A program made the position numbers and the translations under genes. Shown here one piece after another: positions 54,156 through 64,000 of a DNA stretch of 64,000 bases. Below the pieces are notes generated by a model. It was not told the origin of the DNA. It saw only the letters and a list, made by a program, of their open reading frames with translations, and ran no database searches. This DNA is from Octopus vulgaris. Its lineage: Eukaryota. The stretch is from contig OX597820.1 in assembly GCA_951406725.2 (NCBI GenBank), positions 93,000,001-93,064,000 on the forward strand, in the 5' to 3' direction. Within the stretch, counting starts at the first letter, position 1. Every line of letters starts with the position of its first letter.

Positions 54156-55155
54156 TATTTATTGATCTATTTGTCAACTCAAACTATCATTCACCTCCTA
54201 AAATTCTGGTTTCTAACAGTTACCTCTTAGTGTGATTAAGTGTGGTAATACTTAATTACATATTAAGTACGATCACCATCTCTGTAACATTGGCAGGTGT
54301 AATAAACTGCTCAGCATTAATCTGATCGCGTCTATCTAGGATATTTGTACTATAGCATGATTAAAGTGCTAAGAATACATAAGTATAGCAACATAGTTAA
54401 GCAGTTCGCTTTGCAATTACGTGGTGTTAAAATCTATCCCCCTGCTTGGCAGTATGTGCGAGTCTCTTCTACTCTGGCTGGCCTATAACTTCTGGGTGGA
54501 ATTTGGTAAATGTAAACTGTACAGAAGCCAGTCCTATAATATGTATGTATATATGTATGTATCTATGTACGTATGTATGTATGCTGGTATATATATATAT
54601 ATGTGTCTATTTATGTGTGTGTGTGTCTGTGTGTTTGCATACATGTGGTTGTGTATGTATGTTGTGACCGTATGTATAGATATGTTTGTGTTCGAGGCTT
54701 TATTTATAGCTATGCCGGTTTTAAAAATTGATGTTGTATATATTGTGTTTTTTAACAACTCAACAAAGATCGATAACGTAAATGGAATGACTACTGGTGT
54801 TGCTAAAAATGGACTATAACCCTGGACGTTGGTACCCCAACGTTGACGGTCGCAGTCTGGCACTCTGACATATGCACTCCAGACAAAATATTGACAAATG
54901 AGTGAATGACAAAAGAGTGCAATGACAAAAGAGTACCGACAAAAGAGTACTCACAAAAGAATTGATTATGAAAGACAAAAGCAAAATCTATCAGATTAAA
55001 TTATCATTTTTGTAAGTTAAATTGACAGCACAATCTTTTGTGAAACGTAGTTCCAAAACCGAAAATGCGCACACATTGTTTATTGTGATTTCATACCAAT
55101 TATTGTATATTTTTTTGTGATTTCATACCAATTATTGTATATTTCACATAATGTA

Positions 55156-55372
55156 TGAGGAAGGGCTGAAAAGTTCCTAGCCTTAAGAGTATCATGAAAG
55201 ACCCTGTTGGAGGCGCAACCTTTTGAGCTCTTTTACAGGGCTTAGAAAAACTGAAGGACCGCTGCAATAAGTGTGTGAATCTGAGAGGGGAATATGTTGA
55301 ATAAAATCACAACCAACTGATCCTCCTGTATTTTCTTTCACCCAAAGCCAGTAACCTTTCAGCACTCACTCA
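55156..55372 (+). mobile_element. mariner-derived MITE / internal deletion derivative
   Basis: Imperfect TIRs tgaggaagggctgaaaagtt / aacctttcagcactcactca with TA TSDs. Internal GLEKLKDRCNKCVNLRGEYVE* is a mariner transposase C-terminus. Confidence 0.9.
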
Positions 55373-55429
55373 TATAAAGTTGATATATAAATAATTAAAT
55401 TACCGAATTTAATATACAGAAAGGATAAT

Positions 55430-55770
55430 TAGCTAAATTAGCCTTGTTTATGTATCTGCTATATAGGTTACATATATTATATCATAAATGGATACTGTGT
55501 GCACTGAGATCTTCGTTCAGATGTCCTTGATGTTAAATAAAGTGCCAACGCTTACAGTGTACAAATTACTAGCACCAGTTTTCTGAAGCTGCGGTAATGT
55601 TTGAATATATAAACAGATTGGCTGCTTGCTTGTCAGGCATTGGTCAAATTAATGTAGATTCTCCTGATGAGGATCCAATAAGTTTCGAAAACCGATCACG
55701 GTTGTTTACTTTTTGTTTTCAATCTACAGAGAAATAGCTAAATTAGCCCTGTTTATGGGTCTACTATATA
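55430..55770 (+). ncRNA. Candidate decayed retrozyme/PLE-LTR unit with hammerhead core
   Basis: 36-bp direct repeats at 55430-55465 and 55735-55770 (period 305). CTGATGA at 55664-55670, GAAA at 55687-55690, stem accg/cggt, distal helix tgtagatt/aatctaca. Confidence 0.45.
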
Positions 55771-55790
55771 CACGTATGTATGTGTGCATT

Positions 55791-55944
<154 letters not shown>

Positions 55945-57099
55945 TACATATATACATATATAAATGTACAAAAAAGATATTCAGTGAAAAAACATATATA
56001 GAAAAGCGTATTAGCTACTAAAAGACCATAAGATACATCTGACATTCAGTTCTATTTTTTAAAGGTATATCTTGAATGAAATCTAGGTACCCCAATACCA
56101 TATATCGTCCGATCAGAGTGAGAGATACTACTTCATTGCTTTCATATTTAAGATTTTCTTTCTTATTTATTGAGCAACACGAATGAGTGTGATAAGGTTA
56201 TCTATAGGTGAACAATGAAAGAGAGAGATTTCATCGTGTTTATGTACTGCCAGGTACGTATAACCAACGGGACTCTGAAATGTATTAAGCCATCCTGAAA
56301 TTGCATTATTTGTGCATGATAAACCTTCAAGAACTCTATCATAACCTGAACACAGAATCCAGGATTATAATGAATCGCTTCACTATATACTAATTACTCG
56401 TCGACTAATTCAAATGCTTTCAAAGTAATCAAACAGCTCTGTCATTATATCAGCAATGTTATGTAGAATGTCTTCGAAAGCATCAGCAATATTGAATGAA
56501 GGATTAGGGCAACGGACAAAATGCTTAACGGCATTTCTTCAAACTCTAGGCTCTAAGCTGAAATTCCCCCGGTGTCAACTTCCACTTTAATCCTTCCGAG
56601 GTCGATGAAATATACACCAGTTGAGTATCGGAATCGACTTAGCCCATCTCGTGAAATTTTGTACCAAAATTTGAAACCATTGAATGAGGGGGTAACAAAA
56701 ACTCAGACAAACAGCAGCGTACTCTTGAAGTGTATTTGAACGTCATTATGGCAAGATTCCATATGTCTGGTTTGTTGAATTTTTCCCCAAATGCTCTGAC
56801 TAAAATGATACGTGTACCCAGCAATGGTAGCTGATTGAGCGACGACAGTGTATTTTGTTATGAAAGCCTCCAAGTTACATATGACAGATTGCTTTACTTA
56901 TGGTCTTTTTATGAGCAAATACTCTCAAGTACTCTTCTATATGCGCATCTGCTTCCTGTTGAAGAAATAGTTATGCGGTGTCTCTCCATTGATCATGAAT
57001 TGTTAATTCAAAGAAATAATGGTGCAATTTTAAATGTCGCATCAATAAGCAGTTTTCATAATTTACTAAAATTTGGAGATTTTCTTCTGTAACAAAAAC

Positions 57100-57188
57100 G
57101 GTGACTCATCATCAGTACGGCGACTCAACATCAGAACGGCGACTCAACATCAGAACGGCGACTCAACATCAGAACGGTGTCTCAACAA
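57100..57188. repeat. 19-bp tandem repeat (cggcgactcaacatcagaa) x ~4.5
   Basis: Direct reading. Confidence 0.9.
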
Positions 57189-58094
57189 TCCAGAAATGTT
57201 AATTTCAGTCAGATTTTGAGGATTCAGTACCAGTTCATCATACGAATTCGATTTTCTATTTATCCTAATCCATGAATAAATGCAAATTCCTATTTAAGAA
57301 ACTTAATTACAGTTTCTTGTAATAGAATATCCTGTTCTTGTATCAAACGTCTTGGGATTTCTCAATTAATTTATTGCTGTATTTTGCTGAATTGTTAATG
57401 AAAATTGTTTATCTCCGATTCAAGTAGACTAGGTACGTTTGCGATTTCCTCAACACTACTCACGTGTACGCGACCACTTCATTTTTTTCGTATGCTCAAC
57501 CAAAACTCTATGCCATTTTTAAAACTTTATGAAAGCAACGATCAAGCCATGCGCCAATTTGGGCAGTTTGTCTTCATGGTAAGTAAATTTTATTCATACA
57601 AAATGTCGAAATTTCGATGGTCTGTAATTTATTAAAATTGGCAAGGATGGTAGACTACCAGAATCAGAATTGATAGAACGTCTCAGACAAAATGACGTCC
57701 ACCTTTTTGAGTTTTGAATTCACATACACCAAGGTCAAATTTACCATTCATAATTAAAAGGTCGATCCTGTTTCCTAAATTTCAGGCCTTGGGCGTGTAT
57801 TAACAATTATTAAAATTAATGAGAAACTACTGATAATCGCTCAGAATAAGAATCTACGCCGCAAAATAGCAGGAACTATAAAAATATAAATCATCGTGTG
57901 ACTGGTGCTCTGATATCATTCGGTCTTTTGTTAGTAGTCTTTTTTCCCCGGTCTGCATACGTCGTATTACTCTGCAGTCCAATGACTGCAACTAGGAAAA
58001 TAATAAAATCATGCAGAATGCAGTTTTATATTCACTTCTAACACAAACCCGGAATTAACATATGTGTGTGTGTACATACGTTCATCCATAGATA

Positions 58095-58315
58095 CACACA
58101 CATACATACATACATACATACATATATACATACATACGTACAAACATACATACATACACACATACATACATACATACATACATACATACATACATACATA
58201 CAAACATACATATATACATACATACATACATACAAACATACATACATACATACATACATACATACATACATACATACATACATACATACATACATACATA
58301 CATGCATACACACAT
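58095..58315. repeat. (TACA)n microsatellite
   Basis: Direct reading; it explains the MYVC/HTYI ORFs. Confidence 0.97.
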
Positions 58316-59439
58316 ATGTAAATCTGACTCACATTTTTTTTTATTTGTTATTGGGCAACACATAAATACGTAAATATTGTAATGGCACCTATTTTGTTTC
58401 GGTTTGTTTGTTTGTCTCCCGAAGAATCCGGATGTTACCAAGATAATATTATAGCATATATTATATGCAATTCTAAGCTATTCTGAAGCTTGATGTGACG
58501 TTTCTAGAAAGAAAATCATCGATCAAGAGCATTGCCTGAAAAAGCGTTCGTGTTTTAAGTGTTTACGAAAGCGTCGTGTGCGTGTGTGTCTTTGATGAGG
58601 TTATGAGTCAGCTACAGCCAGGGAGAGATATATTTTCAGCAAATCATTTAGTGTTAGTGGACCTGACTAAGGATACTTCCAGCCAAATCATCCTGCTCAC
58701 TACAACAGACTTGATTTAAAGGTGGAGAAATGGCAAAATCAGAGGTAATTAGCAAAATACATTGCAAATTCAAATTGCACCCCGTTATCTCCAGGGATTG
58801 TTTTGGTTCGAATAAAGAAAAACAAACCCAAATATTTGGGTGTTAATCTAATCGATTATTCCTCTCCAAAAAGTGTAATGTCATATTAATGATGGGATCT
58901 AATATTTAGTTATGTCCACTCTTTTCTAGGGTGACATCTTGCTTTTAATCCATTTGGGGTCAATAGAAGTGGATTCTATAAATGAAGCTGATAAACTGAG
59001 ATCTTGTAAATGGGATCGATAAAATGAGATCCCATATATGGGATCCACATAAGTAGATCTGCTAAGCGGATCAATAGAATGAAATCCTATAAGTGGGTTT
59101 GTATTTAAGTTAGGATTCGATATAACAGCTGTATCGTCGAGTTGCGGTGACAGATACAGGTTGTGACATCTGTGACAGACCAGTATCCTATCATGAGAGA
59201 TGGGTTGATTATTTTGGTTCTAGTGAATCTGGAAATAAGCACCAGTTTTGTGTATTCTTATGGCTCATTGGTTGTTTTATTGCTCGAGACAAAAACTTGC
59301 GTTAATTAATTTGCTCAAAATTTTCCCCAAAAGTCAGCCTTATAAATTCTCTTCCTTGACGCTCTTCTTTTTTTTAAATATGTCCAGCTCGTCGCTGCTG
59401 CACCTGTTGCTTCAGTCGTCGTTGCCGTTGCTGCTTTGT

Positions 59440-59810
59440 TTGTTTGTTTGTTTGTTGAGCGAAGCGATCTTCTGTAGTGGAAGAAGTCCGAAACATGATC
59501 TTTTGCTATTCGTAGGACCCGCAGAAGAGAAAACAGATCAACCCCCGACACCGAGAGCATCGACGAATGGATGAAGGCGCATCCAGGCTCAGCGGTTGCG
59601 TAGGAAATTGGGGACAAGAAACAGGAAGAAAGAGTGAGAGAAATTTGGAGCGAAAGAGTACAACAGGGGTCGCCACCACCCCCTGCCGGAGCCTCGTGGA
59701 GCTCTAGGTGTTTTCACTCAATAAACACACACAACGCCCGGTCTGGGAATCGAAACTGTGATCCTCCGACCGAGACTCCGCTGCCCTAACCACTGGGCCA
59801 TTGCACCTCC
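59440..59810 (-). mobile_element. SINE family C variant: same tRNA head, different 3' half
   Basis: 59615-59810 matches 19825-20019, while 59440-59615 differs from 19625-19825. Confidence 0.85.
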
Positions 59811-59974
59811 TGCCGTTGCTGCTGCTGCTGCGGTTGTTGTTACTCTTGTTGTTACTGCTGCTGATGCTGTCTGTGCTTCATTTTTCGACTGCAACTACTA
59901 ATGGTGGGAAAACATTGTCAAAGGATGTTCAGGCAACCATCACTTGCCTCGATTTGGAACCATATTGATATTTG

Positions 59975-61890
59975 TTATTTAAAAATTATTAACAGTTCGC
60001 GACACCATTGAGGTCGTTTTTGTAACACAATGCTTTGATGTTATTGGGAGATAAATATAGCTTTGACGAGTAAAATAAACTACAGTTTGGTAGTTTTGCA
60101 ATTCTGGTTCAAAAGTTATGAACGTTTATTTTTTATTTTGAGAGAAAATAAAAGAAACCAGGGTACTTTATCATTTATAGAAGTTATCTACGTCACTGTT
60201 GCCTGAATTATCACATTCACTCTCACTGACTTCATCTTTGGACTCTTCATCCTCTCCAATAGCTCTAATATGCTCGTAAAGCTTGTTCAGATGAGCATTA
60301 GCTTTGTAATGCATCCTTGGACTGTTTTTCTCTCCAGAATCTGAAATGATGCATACAGTCATGCTAGCACTTACTCGAAGGTGAAGTTTGTGGTGTACTG
60401 TCTTTCCACTTCTCGCTTGTCAATGGTCAACACGCGCTCAATTGGCTACAAATCGGAATGATGCGATGGAGAAAAGATGACCTCGTGACCTCTTTTGCCA
60501 TGGTACAAACAACTGGAAAGACATGTAGTCTGTTGTACTCCCTCAGCTTTTCCTATAGCACACACTTCAGGTATACAGCTTCGAATGGCATCTTTCATTC
60601 TTGACATGCCCCCTGCACTTGAGCCTTCTACCACCATCCTTTTTGTGTTGAGCCAGTGAGATTAAAGTGATATTAATACCTTGGTCATTATTAATACCTT
60701 GGTCATCAAGAGCTTTATGAAGGCGCATGGCTCAATGGTTAGAGCTTCTCCATCTGCTCAACAAAATATCTGTGGTCGGACATCCCATGATAGTCTTGCG
60801 TTTGTTTTTCTCCTACAAAAGCATGCAGAGTGTCCTCCATCAAACGAACCACTTGATTTTCATTTCGAGCTTCTTCTGGCACGGTATAGTCAATAATGGC
60901 CGCGATGAAACAGTATCGCTTTCTTTTGTTGACTTTTCGCTTGGTCCTGCTCATCGTTCGTATCATACAAACTGTCATCATGTCGAGCATAATTCTTGTA
61001 AATATAGCTTTCATACATGTACACAATTCGTCGATTCTTCGCCGAGTTGAAAGAAGCTAAGCTGACTATAGAGATCCCGCTTACTAATGTTCTTGGCTCG
61101 GAGCTTGTAACACATCATTCCTTTTTCTTCTTTCTGCGACGGTATCCTTTTCGCTTAAGGAATCTTTGAACAGATCGCAGAGCTGCTTGATCTTGCTTTG
61201 GTTGATCACGATCAATAGCAATGAAACCATTTCCGATACAGCAGTGTATCACATCCCGAACAACAGTCCTAGTGTAAGTCGCCTGACGATCTCTGACAAA
61301 ATTCTGAATTACGGAAGTCACAAGATGAAGATCAGGAACTACTGAAGCCTTTGGGTCATCTTCATTTCCGGTCATCTTCAGCTCCGAAATTTCTCCATTC
61401 TCAAGAAATTTGGTCCAAATTTCGCTGTAGAGTTTATTACTTTGACCATGGACATTCGCAATACGGTTCGTAGCATCTGTATTCTTCTTCATTCGCCCAA
61501 GTCTCTTATTATTGTGCAACACGACACGTTCATGACGAAATTTGGCTTGTACTGAGAGAATACCCAGCTTCTCTTCCTTGGTAAGGCTCCCAGATCGATT
61601 TTTTTTCACGAAATTCTCCACAGATTCGAGCAACTGATTATCCATAACCCCATGCTTTCTTCTTGGGAGTGTAAGAAACAATATTTCCCTGTGTTCCCTC
61701 CATAACACGATCTTCAATTTGATCCTTTCCCTCACTTCTTTCCATAACTTTCGATTTGAAGGCGAAAGAAAAAAATTAATGGTGCAAAAGAAAGTTCTAT
61801 TCAACGATATAATGGTTTTAAACTAGCTGTAGAAATTGACTGAGTAAAACACAGTGGTGTCGCGGAGTAAATTTTAAATTTTAAATCCCA
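59975..61890 (-). mobile_element. IS630-Tc1-mariner transposon of Sailor (DD82E)-like type, pseudogenised
   Basis: Minus ORFs: ALRSVQRFLKRKGYRR; VY.ESYIYKNYARHDDSLYDTNDEQD; KRYCFIAAI..TQDYHGMSDH.YFVEQMEKL; GHEVIFSPSHHSDL*PIE..VGRQYTT. Imperfect TIRs contain atttaaaa..cgcgacacca (~59978-60010 vs ~61885-61855). Confidence 0.75.
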
Positions 61891-62049
61891 AAATTTGCTC
61901 TTAAAGGGCGAATTCTTTCCAGAATAACTCGCTTTACTTGCAGAACGCTGGCTTATGTAGTGAACAGCTCAGTAAAATTTATAATACCAACTAATAAAAC
62001 AACAAATTTTAAAGAAAACTCACAAGCCAAGAACAAGTGTCCACTCCTT

Positions 62050-62210
62050 CCAAACACTGATCGAAATTGGTACAACGTGATTACAAAAGACATGACAATG
62101 TAGCAAGAATGGTCCATAGGGATCTCTGTGAAAAATCACGGCCTACAAAGAGCAAAGACCTGATACGACCAAACCCCAGAAGGAATTACTGAGAATGAAG
62201 ATTGCATGAT
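62050..62210 (+). mobile_element. R4/Dong-like LINE fragment
   Basis: Translation SKLVQRDYKRHDNVARMVHRDLCEK..YDQTPEGITENEDC, the RHD motif downstream of the CCHC knuckle. Confidence 0.75.
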
Positions 62211-62913
62211 ACAATATCAGGCAGTGGCTCTCGCGGTTTCTGATCTCAACTGGTTGGATGTTTTCAAATGGTACTTATTTTGATCGACTGCGAGAGGATG
62301 AAAGACAAAGTCGGCCTCGGTAGAATTTGAACTTATAACGGGACGATGAAGAAAATGTTTGTCCGTCGTATTAACGGTTCTACCAACTCGCTGCCTTTGT
62401 CCAGTGTCATATTAATCGACCATTTGAACGTGGGATATGTAAATAAATCTTATTCTTTAATATATTTAGAAATATAATTGATAACTGTGTAACAGTTGAG
62501 ACTCTACTTACTTCAACTTTACTCTGCCATATATGAATACCTATTTCCATAAGATTTGATTGGAAATAGTCTATATTGCTTGTTGTTACTTACTTATATA
62601 AATAGCAGTAATTAACTAATTAACAGTGAAGAAATAGACCATTTCTATACAAATAGTAACAGATATTGGCTGCAGCGCTGATAAACAAGTTTTGTTATGA
62701 GATTTGATATTGTTTTGTCTTGTTTGGAGTTTGTTTTTGATTTATTTTATTCTGCGGTTTCATTCAACAAACAAAAAAATATTATTGCGAGAATTTTATT
62801 TTCGTCAACTTTCATTGTATTAGTTCGTGTATTTATTGAAGCACTTATAATTGTCAGTGATTGAGATATTGTGTTGAGGCGTGTGAATGTAGATGAGTAT
62901 GTGTGTGTGTGTA

Positions 62914-62946
<33 letters not shown>

Positions 62947-63093
62947 AATTTTTACTAAGAAAATTTGTCAGTGAACAAGAAATTGTAACTCAGTAGTATT
63001 CATCAAGCTGTTGGTTGCTACTAAGCTAAAACATCGAAGTAACTGTACATACATACATACATACATACATACATACATACATACATACATACA

Positions 63094-63698
63094 TGAGGCA
63101 ATTTTTGAAACTTCTACGCCCTAATAAAGAACATACCGCTCTATGTCACGCTGGTGAGACCCATATTGGAGTACGGGATTCAAGCCTCTTCTCCTTATCT
63201 CCTCAAAGACAGACATCATCTCGAAAGAGTCCAGAAGCTGGCTACCTGCATGGTTCTTGGTCTCAATCATTTGTCTTATGAAGAAAGGCTGAAGACGCTC
63301 GACCTTTTTTCTCTCGAAAAACGACGATGCCGTGGTGATCTCATTCTCGCTCACATCATAAGCGGAAAGTGTAACCTATCGAAAGAGCTGTTCTTCACTC
63401 CTGCTCCAGGGTGTGGGCTGCGGGGTCACTCCGAAAAGCTCTATCTACGACGATTTCATCTCAATCGAAAGAGAGGGGCTTTCTCCGTCAGGGTTGTGGA
63501 TCCTAGGAATAAGCTGCCGGACGAGATAGTGAAGATGCCGACGACCGCACGGTTCAAAGTCTCTCTTGACCGGAAATGGCCTGAACTTTTTGTATGACCA
63601 TCCTCCCTGTACATAACTCCCTGCCCCCCTATATGGCCTTGCTTTTGCTTTTTGAGCCAATAAAAATTTTAATAAAATAAAAAATAAAATAAAAATTA
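63094..63698 (+). mobile_element. CR1-clade LINE 3' end
   Basis: ORF 63154-63597 reads VRPILEYG..LERVQKLAT..LSYEERLKTLDLFSLEKRR.RGDLI..LRGHS.KL..FSVRVV. It has an A-rich tail at about 63659-63698. Confidence 0.92.
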
Positions 63699-64000
63699 AC
63701 GATATTGTTGTTTCGTGCAGACACACTACATGAAAGTAAAGACTTACCAAAGCTAATGTGGTACAGACATTCTTAGCGCAGCATTGTAAGAAGTAACTCA
63801 GTTGTGTTCGCTTCATAAAGAAATATCGAGTTGGGATTTCAAGATTTACCTGTCGGCTTAATCACAATGTATTTCTTTTCCCTCCGTAGCGGGGAATATT
63901 GTCCCTAATTAAAATGAAAATAAAACGATAAGCGAAACTTCAAATATCAGTCACCGGAAAACAATTGACGGTGTGGCCTTTTCATTGATAGACAAAAAGC

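Noticed and set aside
60171-61804. Fanzor/TnpB nuclease next to the IS630-like transposase
   Set aside because: No RuvC motifs or terminal zinc finger seen; all ORF pieces fit one DDE transposase.

Overview
AT-rich, repeat-dense eukaryotic DNA with no host protein-coding gene that I can support; it is intergenic or deep intronic. The tRNA-derived SINE families, abundant (TA)n/(TTA)n/(GATA)n/(TACA)n microsatellites and TE mix suggest an octopus (coleoid cephalopod) genome; this is inference from repeat content. Most long ORFs in the track are microsatellite artefacts or transposon relics. Recognisable elements: R4/Dong-type RLE LINEs beside (TAA)n arrays, RTE and CR1 LINE fragments, two Penelope-like (PLE) relics, a MULE with TIRs, two pogo/Tigger elements, a mariner MITE, non-autonomous Helitrons, a Sailor-like IS630-Tc1-mariner transposon and three SINE families. 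The most interesting signal is a set of small non-coding repeats carrying type-I hammerhead-ribozyme-like folds (retrozyme/PLE-like). One repeat family has a compensatory G3-C8 core, and one of its loci forms a long palindrome. There is also a 3.3-kb, highly diverged ~59-bp tandem array whose consensus folds into a hairpin. All alignments and folds were done by eye.
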